A DNA stretch of 64,000 nt, taken from assembly GCA_030390025.1 (NCBI GenBank), contig CM059432.1, positions 105,960,001 to 106,024,000 of the forward strand, in the 5' to 3' direction. Below are positions 49,801-62,089 of this stretch, piece after piece; the stretch's first letter is position 1; each line of letters begins with the position of its first letter. The DNA comes from Squalus acanthias (taxonomy: Eukaryota). The notes under the pieces are model-generated. The model saw nothing but the letters and a program-made list of their open reading frames with translations, did not search any database and was not told the DNA's origin. Both the position numbers and the translations under genes were made by a program.

Positions 49801-52800
49801 AAACTTGGATACATTGCACTCGGTCCCTTCATCTAAGTCATTAATATAAATTGTAAATAGCTGAGGCCCAAGCACTGATCCTTGCAACACCCCACTAGTT
49901 ACAGTCTGCCAACCGGAAAATGATCCATTTATCCCTACTCTCTATTTTCTGTCTGTTAACCAATCCTCTATCCATGCTAATATTCCCCCAACCCCATGAG
50001 CCCTTATCTTGCGTAGCAACCTTTTATGTGGCACCTTTCGAATTCCTTTTGGAAATCCAAATATACTACATCCACTGGTTCCCCTTTATTTACCCTGCTA
50101 GTTACATCCTCAAAAAACTCTAATAAATTTGTTAAACACACTTTCCCTTTCATAAAACCATGTTGGCTCTGCCTAATCATTTAATGATTTTCTAAGTACC
50201 CTGTTACCACTTCCTTAATATGGATTCCAGCATTTTCCTGATGACTGATGTCAGGCTAACTGGCCTGTAGTTCCCTGTTTTCTCTCTCCCTCCTTTCTTG
50301 CATAGCGGGGTTACATTTGTTACCTTCCAATCCAGTGGGACCGTTCTAGAATCTAGGGAACTTTGGAAGGTCACAACCAATGCAGCCACCTCTTAGAACC
50401 CTAGGATGTAGGCCATCAGGTCCAGGGGATTTGTCAGCTTTTAGTCCCATTAGTTTCTCAAGTACTTTTTCTCTACTGATATTAATTACTTTAAGTTCTA
50501 GACTTGAATATAGGGGGTATGATTAAGAAGTTTGCAGATGATACTAAAATCGGCTGTGTGGTTGAAACTGAAGAAGGAAGCTGTAGACTGCAGGAAGATA
50601 TAAATAAATTGGTCAGGTGGGCAAAACAGTGGCAAATGGAATTCAATCCGGAGAAGTGTGAGGTAATGCATTTGGGGAGGGCTAACAAGGAAAGGGAATA
50701 CACATTAAATGGTAGGACACTGAGTAGCGTAGAGGAACAAAGGGACCTTGGAGTGCATGTTCACAGATCCCTGAAGGTAGCAGGCCAGGTAGATAAGGTG
50801 GTTAAGAAGGCATACGGAATGCTTGCCTTTATTAGCCGTGGCATAGAATACAAGAGCAGGGGGGGTTATGCTTCAACTGTATAAAACACTAGTTAGGCCT
50901 CAGCTAGAGAACTGCGTGCAGTTCTGGTCACCACATTACAGGAAAGGTGTGATTGCACTAGAGAGGGTACAGAGGAGATTTACAAGGATGTTGCCGGGAG
51001 TAGAGAATCTTCGCTATGAGGAAAGACTGGATAGGCTGGGTTTGTTTTCCTTGGAACAGAGGAGGCTGAGGGGAGACCTTATTGAGATGTATAAAATTAT
51101 GAGGGGCCTAGATAAAGTGGATAGAAAAGACCTATTTCCCTTAGCAGAGGGGTCAAAAACCAGGGGACACAGATTTAAAGTAATTGGTGGAAGGTTTAGA
51201 GGGGATTTGAGGGGAAATTTCTTCACCCAGAGGGTTGCGGGGGTCTGGAACTCACTGCCTGAAAGGGTGGTAGAGGCAGAAACCCTAACCACATTTAAAA
51301 AGTACTTGGATGTGCACTTGGGATGCTGTAACCTGCAGGGCTATGGACCAAGAGCTGGGAAGTGGGATTAGGCTGGATAGCTCTTTGTTGGCCGACGCGG
51401 ACACGATGGGCCGAAATGGCCTCCTTCCGTGCTGTAACTTTCTATGATTCTCTCAGTACTAGAGCGTAGATTGTGGTGAAGTCCTGAAGTGGAGCTCGAA
51501 CCCAAGACTGTCTGTCCAACTCAGGGAAGAGCACCATCACTGAGCCAAGGCTGAAAGACTAGACTAGCTACAGAGCCATTAGTTTTACATTGCTAACTGG
51601 CAAGACAATGGAATCGATCATTGGGAGCAAAGTTGCAGAGTACTTGTATGAAAATGGCTACTAACTACTTCTTGACCTTTTTAAGGAAGTGACTTTCTCA
51701 GTGGATGTTGCAAAGTTCTATGATATCACATACCTCTAAAGTTCCATATAAGAGGCTTAAGGCAGTTGCTATACTAGGTGAAACTTGAAGGTGGATATAG
51801 AACTGGATTAGAAACTCCATCTAAATTGGTTATATTTGCAAATGATAAACAAGGGGGACAGTAGAGTCTGGTGAAGCAGATAAAGAATTACAGAAGGACC
51901 TAATCAATATTTTCAGCTGGGTCGAATGATGGCAGATGAAATTCAATAAGGATAAGTGCAAGGTCTTGCAATTTGTAAGAAAATGGGAGATATACTTAAT
52001 AAATGATAAAGAAGGTGCTAAAAAAGATCTAGGAATGATAGCAGCCCCAATGCTGGCCTCCCTCATCTGCACTTACCTTTGTGATTTTATACCTGTTGTG
52101 TACACAATGGTAGTTATAGAATCTCTTTATTTATCTGGGAATATAAATAACTCCAGTTATGCTAATTTTATTCTATGCAACTAGAATTTTACACAATTTG
52201 GATCGAACTATACAATAGTGTAACTCAACAATATAATAGGATCTGAACTGGATATTAGTGTCTTTTCAAATGTAGACTGAGAAAACACTTGGTAAGACGA
52301 GGGCAGATATAAATCATTTGATTTTCAGCAACATTAACATAGCAATGAAAAGCTACAATGTTTTGGGTTTTCAGTTAATTGATACAGTAACATTTGATGC
52401 TATTACAAATTTGCCAAGCAAACAAAGTTGATTACAAAATTGACTCTTCCAATAAACTCAAACTGCAAATACCATCTTTGTTAAACAAGACATAATTATG
52501 AAATTCAACGTATTGATGTGCAAAATAGGCTCTTCTGCACACATGCCAGATCAGCCATGATCTTATTGAATGGTGGAGCAGGCTCGAGGGGCCGTATGGC
52601 CTACTCCTGCTCTTATTTCTTATGTTCTTCGTGCTATGATGTCAGTGCCCAATATGATGCCATAAATTTCAAACCAACTCTGTTAGAATATTGTTCTTTG
52701 TACTTACAAAACTGATATCTGACAGGCCGTGTTAATCAGTCTTTTTCTTTTTTTTTTAGAAAGGGAAGAAATGTGTCCGAACACCAAAAGCAGCTAAACC

Positions 52801-53041
52801 AACCCGATTTGAATATAACGACTGCCTAAGTGTTCAGTCCTACAAACCTAAATATTGTGGAGTTTGCAATGATGGAAGATGCTGCACACCTCACAGCACC
52901 AAAACATCTCAGCTGGACTTCAAATGTCCAGGAGGAATAATCATTAAAAAACAGATGATGATCATTAACACATGCACCTGCCATTATAACTGCCCACAAG
53001 ACAACACTGTACTCCAAACAGACCAAATATCTGGTGCCTGA
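40805..53041 (+). CDS. CCN3: CCN family member 3 (NOV)-like protein, 5 coding exons: 40805-40867, 41062-41281, 41900-42151, 47077-47285, 52760-53041; 1026 nt, 341 aa
   Basis: All introns GT-AG with consistent phases (0,1,1,0); open frame; 12+10+6+10=38 Cys as in canonical CCN proteins. VWC/hinge/TSP1 segments [31 protein letters not shown] and [11 protein letters not shown] are NOV-type (from recalled tetrapod sequences). Confidence 0.9.
41062..41281 (+). CDS. CCN3: CCN3 exon 2, IGFBP module
   Basis: Acceptor ctgttttacag; CGCCRVC motif, 12 Cys; donor G|GTGAGA. Confidence 0.93.
41900..42151 (+). CDS. CCN3: CCN3 exon 3, VWC module
   Basis: Acceptor gaattctag; [15 protein letters not shown]...GECCEQWVC; donor G|GTAGGA. 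Confidence 0.95.
42548..42832 (+). mobile_element. Deu-domain SINE in CCN3 intron 3
   Basis: AAAGATCCCACGGCACT..GGGGAGTT..CCCGGTGTCCTGGCCAA Deu-domain-like core. Confidence 0.8.
42833..46160 (+). mobile_element. Penelope family 2 copy in intron 3, split by a Harbinger element
   Basis: [22 protein letters not shown] motifs; terminal repeat at 46010-46160. Confidence 0.75.
44071..45805. mobile_element. Internally deleted Harbinger with Myb exon (-, ~45310-45520)
   Basis: TSD TAT; imperfect TIR GGGCTGAATTTTGCCGG / rc [37 protein letters not shown]. Confidence 0.75.
47077..47285 (+). CDS. CCN3: CCN3 exon 4, TSP1 module
   Basis: Acceptor ttcctttcag; [18 protein letters not shown]; donor AAA|GTGAGT. 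Confidence 0.95.
47370..48560 (-). mobile_element. L2 LINE 3' fragments
   Basis: SAARILT..ADLHWL..NFKIL motifs. Confidence 0.75.
47893..47971. mobile_element. 79-bp palindromic mini-MITE
   Basis: 27-bp TIRs with 4 mismatches; 3-bp TSD GTT. Confidence 0.75.
48870..50492 (-). mobile_element. CR1 5'-truncated copy
   Basis: RT ORFs 49125-50389; 3'UTR stem-loop at ~48875-48950. Confidence 0.9.
50496..51450 (+). mobile_element. CR1 5'-truncated copy
   Basis: KFADD...YGPRAGKWD*; same subfamily as 8465. Confidence 0.9.
52760..53041 (+). CDS. CCN3: CCN3 exon 5, cystine-knot (CT) module, ending at TGA
   Basis: Long polypyrimidine tract + [12 protein letters not shown]...[14 protein letters not shown]...CTCHYNCP; absent from the ORF track because it has no start codon. 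Confidence 0.95.
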   Translation, partial: KGKKCVRTPKAAKPTRFEYNDCLSVQSYKPKYCGVCNDGRCCTPHSTKTSQLDFKCPGGIIIKKQMMIINTCTCHYNCPQDNTVLQTDQISGA

Positions 53042-53274
53042 ATATTTGACACATAGTTTTGAAGCTGGTTATTGCAACATTGTTTTTGTATGACTTAAGT
53101 GGTCTTTAAATACAGTTAACAGGATTTCAGTTTGCCCCTTGGTTTGTAAAAATACTTGTACATTTTTATTGAATTTTGTATTTAAAGAATGCTCTTGCCT
53201 ATTGTCTAAGTTGTAAATAGAAAACTGGCCTATCATTATGAATTGACATGAGAATTGTACCTGTACAGTTGCAT

Positions 53275-53291
53275 ATTAAATGGTCATTAAA
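53275..53291 (+). terminator. Candidate polyadenylation signals (two ATTAAA) for CCN3
   Basis: ATTAAA at 53275 and 53286, ~240 nt after the stop codon in an AT-rich 3'UTR. Confidence 0.45.
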
Positions 53292-56200
53292 ATATATTTT
53301 TTATAAAAACACAGCACACAGCCATGAGTAATACAAATCTGAAATTAATTTTGCTGTGCAGCCTAGGTTCAGATGAAACTACCATCTTTTACTCAGCCCA
53401 ACAAAGGCCTTTAGGTTCCTCTAACGGTACTACTGTGGGCTGCTCTGACTTGCCTGGTGAGGTGAGCACTGTCTGCCTTCCCTGAATATAATAATGACCT
53501 TATCCTTGCAATTTGAGATGGGTGTATAGCAGGATCCATGAGCGGTCAGGAGTTCCCATTCCACTCTGCTGATAAAACGGGATTTCTGGAATTTTGGGCC
53601 CATAGTGTGCAAATTGTGACTGGCATTGCAAGATACAGATGCTAATCCAGTGAGCTGAAAGTGCCCCTTTAACTACTGATTTAAAACTTAGTGCCTGCAT
53701 GTGAATTACTGATAAATGCTGTGGGCACATATACTGTACTTCTCCCTGGCACCTGCTGTATGCAATGTGTTGACTGGAGAGTAACATCAATTAAGAGATT
53801 TTTAAAAATCACAGCCAGTGGAAATGGAGACTGAGCACCAGTACAAACATTTATCATACAGAGCCCCCATTCAGTGTGCTCCAGCTGAAATATTAGAGTT
53901 TCCATAGCCATAACTATGGTTTTGACTTCAGAATTACTCTTCAAAATTAGGGTTAAACTGTAAACACCAATGTGGGCATACTGCAGATCTGGTGTGGTGC
54001 ATGCACCTGCTTAGTGCAGGGAACGCTCTCTCCGTCACATTGGGCAGCATTAACATTCAGAACACTTTCAGTTACCTGCATCATGTATAGGCAGCTGAAT
54101 TAAGTTCCATGTAGGATGAGATGGTAAGGATGCAGCTAATGATACGCATCAATCCCTTTTAGTAATATACCTGAAGACTGCTGTAAGCATTTATTATTTA
54201 CATGATTTTGTGTTCCTTCCAAAATTGTTTTGCCAATTAAACTTGTTTCCAAACAGTGGCCCTGACCGCCCCCCCCCCCCCCCCCCCCACCCCCCACCCT
54301 CCCCACCACCCCATCAGGGTATAAATTTAGTAGTGTGCTTCTTACACCTGACTTGACTTCAGCCCATTTAAATGCCCTGAGTGAGCGCTGGTTGAGGTTA
54401 CTGCCTGAAAATCTACACTTGCTCTAACCTGGAGGAGGGAAGTTCACCAAACTGGTTCCTGGGATGGGGGGATTGTCCTATGAGGAGAGATTGAGTAGAC
54501 TAGGCCTATATTCTCTAGAGTTTAGAAGAATGAGAGGTGATCTAATTGAAATATACAAAATTCTTACAGGGCTTGACAGGGTAGATGCAGGGAGGATGTT
54601 TCCTCTGGTTGGGGAGTCTAGAACCAGGGATCACAGTCTCAGAATAAGTGGTCGGCCATTTAGGACTGAGATGAGGAGAAATTTCTTCACTCAGTAGGTG
54701 GTGAATCTTTGGAATTCTCTACCCAAAAGGGTTAAGAACATAAGAAAATAAGAAATAGGAGCAGGAGTAGGCCAATTGGCCCCTCGAGCCTGCTCCGCCA
54801 TTCAATAAGATCATGGCTGATCTGATCCTAACCGCCAATCTACTATCACAGAACCATCTCCTGAACCTAACAGAATTGGACACACGAAATAGGAGCAGGA
54901 TCAGGCTACACAGCCCCTGGGCCCGCTACGCTACCCACAGGGCCATGACCGATCCGAACCTAGACTCATGACCAAATTCCTTCCCACTCCCTGTAACCCT
55001 TAATTCCCTTTACTTCTAGGAAACTGTCTATTTCTGTTTTAAATTTATGTAATGATGTAGCTTCTACAGCTTTTTGGGGCAGCATATTCCATGGACCTAC
55101 CACCCTCTGAGTGAAGTAGTTCCTTCTCATCTCAGTTTTGAAAGAGCAGCCCCTTATTCTAAGACTATGCCCCCTAGTTCTAGTTTCACCCATCATCAGG
55201 AACATCCTCCCCGCATCCACCCGATCCAACCCCTTCACAATCTTATATGTTTCAATAAGATCGCCTCTCATTCTTCTGAACTCCAATGAGTAGAGTCCCA
55301 ATCTACCCAACCTCTCCTCATATGTCCATCCCCTCATCCCCGGGATTAACCGAGTGAACCTTCTTTGTACTGACTCGAGAGCAAGTATGTCTTTTCTTAA
55401 GTATGGACACCAAAACTGTATGCAGTATTCCAGGTGCGGTCTCACCAATACCTTGTACAACTGAAGCAATACCTCCCTATTTTTATATTCTATCCCCCTA
55501 GCAATGAAAGCCAACATTCCATTGGCCTTCTTAATCACTTGCTGCACCTGCATACTAACCTTTTGAGTTTCGTGCACCAGGACCCCCCGATCCCTTTGTA
55601 CTTCAGTACTTTCCAGTTTCTTGCCATTAAGATAATAACTTGCTCTACTATTTTTCCTGCCAAAGTGCATAACCTCACACTTTCCAATATTGTATTCCAT
55701 CTGCCAAATCTCTGCCCACTTACTTAGCCTGTCTATGTCCCCTTGCAGATTTTTTATGTCCTCCTCACTCACTACTTTCCCTCCCATCTTAGTATCATCT
55801 GCAAACTTTGATATGTTACACTCGGTCACCTCCTCCAAATCATTAATATAGATTGTAAAGAGTTGGGGACCCAGCACTGACCCCTGCGGAACACCACTAG
55901 TTACTGATTGCCAGTCTGAGAATGAACCATTTATCCCAACTCTCTGCCTTCTTTCTGTTAGATAGCCAATCCTCTATCCATGCCAGAATATTACCCCCAA
56001 TCCCGTGCTTTTTATCTTAAGCAATAATCTTTTGTGTGGCACCTTGTCAAATGCCTTTTGGAAGTCTAAATACACTACGTCCACTGGTTCCCCTTTATCC
56101 ACCCTGTGTGTTACTTCCTCAAAGAACTCCAGCAAATTTGTCAAACATGACTTCCCCTTCATAAAACCATGCTGACTTTGTCCTATTAAATTATGATTAT

Positions 56201-57338
56201 CCAAATGTCCCGTTACTGTCTCCTTAATAATGGACTCCAAAATTTTACCTACCACAGATGTTAGGCTATAATTTCCAGCCTTCTGTCTACTGCCCTTTTT
56301 AAATAAGGGTGTTACATTAGCAGTTTTCCAGTCTGCCAGGATCTTTGCTGAGTCCAGGGAGTTTTGCAAAATTATTACCAATGCATCCACAATCCCTACC
56401 GCCACTTCCCTCAAGACCCTAGGATGTAAGCCATCAGGTCCAGGTGATTTATCTGCCTTGAGTCCCATTATTTTACCGAGTACCACTTCCTTAGTGATTT
56501 TGATCATGTTTAGCTCCTCCCCCCCTATAGCCCCCTGTTTGTCCAGTGTTGGGATATGCTTAGTGTCCTCTACTGTAAAGACTGATACAAAATATTCATT
56601 CAGTGTATTTGCCATCTCCATATTTCCCACCATTAATTTTCCGGTCTCATCCTCTAAGGGACCAACATTTACTTTAGCCACCCTTTTTCTTTTTATATAA
56701 CTATAAAAACTCTTACTATCTGTTTTTATATTTTTTGCTAATTTACTTTCATAATCTATCTTCCCTTTCTATATCAATCTTTTTGTTATTTTTTGCTGTC
56801 TTTTAAAGTTTTCCCAATCCTCTATCCTCTCACTAGATTTGGCTACCTTATAAGCCCTTGTTTTTAGTTGAATACTATCCTTAATTTCTTTACTTAGCCA
56901 CGGATGACTGTCTTTTCTTTTACACCCTTTTCTTCTCAGTGGAATATATTTTTTTGGAAGTTGTAAAATAACTCCTTAAATGTACACCACTGATCATGTA
57001 TCGTCTTACCCTTTAATCTATTTTCCCAATCCACTCTACTAAATTCCGCTCGCATACTTTCATAGTCTCCTTTATTCAAGCTTAGCATGCTTGTTTGAGA
57101 TCCAACCTTCTCACCCTCTAATTGAATATGGAATTCAACCATGTTATGGTCACTCATTCCAAGGAGATCCTTTACTAGGACATTTTTAATTAATCCTGTC
57201 TCGTTACACAGGACCAGATCTAAGGTTGCTTGCCCCCTGGTCGGTTCAGTTACATACTGCTCAAGAAACCCATCCCTAATACACTCAATGAACTCATCCT
57301 CAAGGCAGCCCTGCCCAATTTGATTTGCCTAATCAGTA

Positions 57339-59785
57339 AAAATAATGAGGAGGAGGAATTCCTTGAGTGTTTAAGGGATGGTTATCTGGATCAATATGTC
57401 GAGGAACCAACTCGGGAACAGGCTATATTGGACTGGGTACTGTGCAATGAGAAGGGACTAATTAGTAATCTTGTTGTACGGGGACCCTTGGGTCAGAGCG
57501 ATCATAACATGATCGATTTCTCACTCGAAATGGAGAGCGAAGAAATTGACTCAGAGACTAAGGTCCTGAATTTAAACAAGGGGAATTATGATGCCATTAG
57601 ACGGGAACTGAGTAGGTCTGATTGGACAACGTTCCTGGGAGGACTGGAGGTAGATAAACAATGGCAAGCATTTAAAGATAGAATGACAAAATTGCAAAAA
57701 TTGTTTATACCAATCTGGCATAAAAGGAAATCTAAAAAGGTGACTCAACCGTGGATAACAGGGGAAATTAGAGACAGCATAAAATCCAAAGATAGGGCGT
57801 ATAAAATAGCCAAAAAAAGCGCCAGAGCGGAAGATTGGGAACAGTTTAAGATAGAGCAAAGGAGGACAAAGGGCTTAATCAAGAGGGGCAAAATAGCTTA
57901 CGAAAGCAAGCTGGCGGAAAATATAAAAACTAACTCCAAAAGCTTTTATAAGTATATCAAGAGGAAAAGACTGGTGAAAACCAAAGTTGGTCCATTGCAG
58001 TCAGATACGGGGGAATATATAACGGGAAATAAGGAAATGGCAGACCAACTAAATGCATACTTTGGGTCAGTCTTTACGAAGGAAGACACAAAAAACCTCC
58101 CTGGGATATCGGGAAAAATAGGGACATTGGCAAAGGAGGAACTGACGCAAATCAATATCTCTAAGGATATGGTGTTAAGGAAGCTAAAGGGATTGAAGGC
58201 GGACAAATCCCCAGGGCCTGATAACATGCATCCTAGGGTACTGAAGGAGGTGGCCCTAGAGATAGCGGATGCACTAAGTATGATTTTTCAGAATTCATTA
58301 GACTCGGGAACAGTGCCCATGGATTGGAGGGTAGCTAACGTTACCCCACTATTCAAAAAGGGGGGTAGGGAAAAAGCAGGTAATTACAGACCTGTAAGCC
58401 TTACATCAGTTGTGGGCAAAATGCTGGAGTCCATCATTAAGGATGAAATAGCGGAGCACTTAGCAAATGGGGACAGGATAGGACAGAGTCAACATGGATT
58501 TACAAAGGGTAAATCGTGCTTGACTAATCTATTGGAATTTTTTGAGGGAGTAACTGGTAAAATAGATGGGGGAGAGCCAGTAGATGTGGTGTACCTGGAC
58601 TTCCAAAAGGCCTTCGATAAGGTCCCACATAAAAGATTAGCATGGAAAATTGAAGCTCATGGGATAAAGGGGAAAGTATTGACGTGGATAGAGAACTGGC
58701 TGTCAGATAGAAAACAGAGAGTTGGAATAAACGGCTCATTTTCTGAATGGCAGGCAGTAACAAGTGGGGTACCACAGGGATCTGTCCTGGGTCCCCAGCT
58801 GTTCACAATTTACATTAATGACCTGGATCAGGGAGTCGGATGCAGCATTTCCAAATTTGCAGACGACACTAAACTAGGAGGGGGGGTGGGCTCAGAGGAG
58901 GAGACCAGGAAGCTCCAGAGCGATTTGGACAGACTGGGTGATTGGGCGGATAAATGGCAGATGCACTATAATGTGGACAAGTGCGAAGTTATCCACCTTG
59001 GGTGCAGGAACGGGAGGGCAAATTATTATTTAAATGGCAATAAATTGGGAGAGGGGGAAGTACAGAGAGACCTGGGTGTTCTTGTACACCAGTCACTGAA
59101 GGCGAGCATGCAGGTGCAACAGGCGGTCAAGAAGGCAAACGGTATGCTGGCCTTCATAGCAAAAGGGTTGGAATACAGGAACAGGGATACCTTGCTGCAG
59201 CTGTACAGGGCACTGGTGAGACCACACCTCGAGTACTGTGTACAGTTTTGGTCGCCTCATCTGAGGAAAGATGTTCTTGCCATGGAGGGGGTGCAGCGGC
59301 GATTCACCAGGCTGATACCAGGAATGGCGGGATTGACCTATGAGGAGAGACTATGTAGTTTAGGGATGTACACACTGGAGTTTAGAAGATTGAGAGGGGA
59401 CCTCATAGAAGTGTATAAAATTCTGACAGGTCTAGACAGACTAGATGCAGAAGGAATGTTTCCCTTGGCGGGTGAGAACAGAACTAGAGGACATAATTTA
59501 AGGATAAGGGCTAAACCATTTAGGACAGAAATGAGGGGGAATTTCTTCACTCAGAGGGTGGTGAACCTGTGGAACTCATTGCCACAGAGGGCAGTGTACG
59601 CCAGCTCATTAAATATATTTAAGAGGGAATTAGATATATTTCTACAGGCAAAAGGGGTTAAGGGTTACGGAGAGAAGGCGGGGACGGGATACTGAATTGC
59701 AGGATCAGCCATGATCTCATTAAATGGCGGAGCAGGCTCGAAGGGCCGGATGGCCTACTCCTGCTCCTATCTTCTATGTATCTAT
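57339..59785 (+). mobile_element. Young 5'-truncated CR1 with an uninterrupted ~785-codon ORF2 (to 59695)
   Basis: No stops or frameshifts; FADD; (TCTATGTA)n tail; host frame GDFNYH|TD rejoins. Confidence 0.93.
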
Positions 59786-60424
59786 GTATGATAGTTAAAA
59801 TCCCCCATAATTATAGATGTTCCCTTATTACAAGCCTCAACTATTTCCTGATTGATACTCCGTCCAACAGAGTTGCAACTATTCGGAGGCCTATAGACTA
59901 TGCCCACGAGTGGTTTTTTCCCCTTATTATTCCTTATCTCCACCCAAACTGTTTCATTATCCTGATCTTTTGACCCAATATCATTTCTCTGTATTACAGT
60001 GATTCCTTCCTTTATTAACATAGCCACCCCACCTCCCCTTCCTTCCTGCCTGTCCTTCCTGATCGTTAAATAACCTGGTATGTTTAATTCCCAGGCATTG
60101 TCACCCTGCAGCCATGTTTCTGTAATGGCCACAAGATCATACCCATATGTAGTTATTTGTGCCATTAACTCATCTATTTTGTTACGAATGCTACATGCAT
60201 TCAGATAGAGAACTTTCAAATATGTTTTGTGACACTCAGTTCCTGCTTTTGCCCTTTTTATTACTTTACCTTTTACTCCATACCTTCTGCCCCTTCCTGA
60301 CACACTCTGGTTTTTAATTTCCCCACTGCTACCTAAGTCTATGACCTTCTCTGTTGTCATTTTTATTATTTGTTCTCTAGGAACCTCCCCCCCTCCCCCC
60401 CCCCCCCCCCCCCCCCCCCACTAG

Positions 60425-61371
60425 TTAGTTTAAAGCCCTCTCTACAGCCCTAGTTATATGATCCGCCAGGACTCTAGTCCCAGCACTGGCCAAGTGAAGC
60501 CCGTCCCAACGGAACAGCTCCCTCCTGCCCCAGTACTGGTGCCAGTGTCCCAGGAAACAAAACCCATTTCTCCCACACCAGTCTTTGAGCCACTCATTTA
60601 ACTCTCTAATTTTATTTGTCCTAGCCAAATTCGCTCGTGGCTCAGGTAATAATCCAGAGATTATTACCCTTGAGGTTCTGTTTTTTAATTTGACCCCTAG
60701 CTGCTCATACTCCTTTAACAGAACCGGCTTCCTTGTCCTATCTACGTCATTTGTACCAACATGGACCACGACAACTGGATCCACCCCCTCCCACTGCAAG
60801 TTTCTTTCCAGCCCAGAGGAGATGTCCTTAACCCTAGCAGGCAACACAGACTACGGGACTCTCGCTCTCGGCTGCAGAGAACTCTATCTATCCCCCTAAT
60901 AATACTATCCCCTACCACTACAACATTTCTATTCACTCCCCCCACTTGAATGGCTCCCCGTACCACAGTGCTGTGGCCAGGTTGCTCATCCTCCCTGCAG
61001 TCCCTGCTCCCGTCCCCACAGGGAGTAAGAACCTCGAACCTGTTGGACAAGAGCAAGGGCTGCGGCTCCTCCAACACTACCTCCTGGATCCCCGTACCTG
61101 CCTCACTCGTAGTCACACCGTCTTGTCCCTGACCATGGGCTACATCTGAATTAATTAACTTCATAGGTGTGACCACCTCCTGAAACACAAAGTCCAGGTA
61201 CTTCTCCTCCTCCCTGATGTGTCGCAGTGTCTGAAGCTCAGACTCCAGCTCATCAACACGGAGCTGGAGTTCCTGTAGCAGCAGACACTTGTCACAGACG
61301 TAATCACCGTGAGCCTCAATGGGGTCCACCGGCTCCCACATCTCGCAACAGTAACACATCACCTGCTCCAT
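60425..61371 (-). pseudogene. CR1 ORF1: zinc finger/leucine zipper + SGNH/GDSL esterase domain, frameshifted at ~60841
   Basis: CxxC..CxxC, LQELQLRVDELESEL, VVGDS, HVGTND, DGLHL. Confidence 0.88.
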
Positions 61372-62089
61372 TTTATGTAATTAATTAAATTTTTTATTGT
61401 TAGTTATGGACACTCTCTGCCCGATTATAGCTGCTAGTATCCCCTCTAATTAATTGGATTTAAATTAAATCAATCCCTCTAAATTACACCAGTTAAATGG
61501 TTTACCAACAGTCACTCTGCACCAGAAAGGCCTTATTAACTACAACCCAGAGTTAAAGTTTGAAAAGAGCACCCTACACCCCACTCACCCAAACTCACAC
61601 TTACCCAAACTCAGCACTATCTGCTGACTTGCACTCAGGTTGTGGATGCTGAGTCATTGAGCATATTCAAGCCAGAGATCAATAGAATTTTGGATATTAA
61701 GGGAATCAAGGGATATGGGGATAGTGCGGGAAAGTGGAGATGAGGTAGAATCTGCCTGATCTTATTGAATGCTGGAGCAGGCTCGACGGGCCAAATGGCC
61801 TACTCCTGCTCCTATTTCTTATGTTCTTATGCTGCTACAGGCCTTGAAAGAATTGAGTCTTTTTGGCCTGTTGGTAGTTGTCAAACAACAAAAACCAGAT
61901 GGTCTCCATCCCTGCAGTGCAGCGCTACCTACCTAAGGTAAGTGGCAGTTTACAGATCCTTTGAATCGAAGAGGCAGTCTTGCAACGGTTTCTAGCCTGT
62001 TTGCGCGACAGTCTTCGAGGAAGGCGGAATCCCCTGAAAATGATGCAGGAGGTGTTATAATACCACTCCTGTGTGATTTACTTGCAATA

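Larger units (their letters stand above)
54734..61637 (-). mobile_element. Apparently full-length CR1: 5'UTR, ORF1, poly-G spacer, ORF2, 3'UTR; inactivated
   Basis: ORF1 61371-60425; ORF2 60360-54966 with stops, frameshifts and a nested insert. Confidence 0.9.
54430..61830 (+). mobile_element. CR1 3' fragment (54430-54733 + 61638-61830) split by a full-length CR1
   Basis: Frame WNSLPKRV|VDAESL rejoins; GGTT duplicated at the junctions. Confidence 0.85.

Noticed and set aside
48870..51450. Single inverted CR1 (twin priming)
   Set aside because: Both halves have their own 3' tails, overlap in ORF2 coverage and belong to different subfamilies
40805..53041. Assignment as CCN5/WISP2 or CCN2/CTGF
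   Set aside because: A complete CT module is present, and the VWC-hinge-TSP1 residues ([27 protein letters not shown]) fit NOV best
57230..57338. N-terminus of the 821-aa ORF as a real protein start
   Set aside because: It is antisense sequence of the host CR1 fortuitously in frame with the inserted copy
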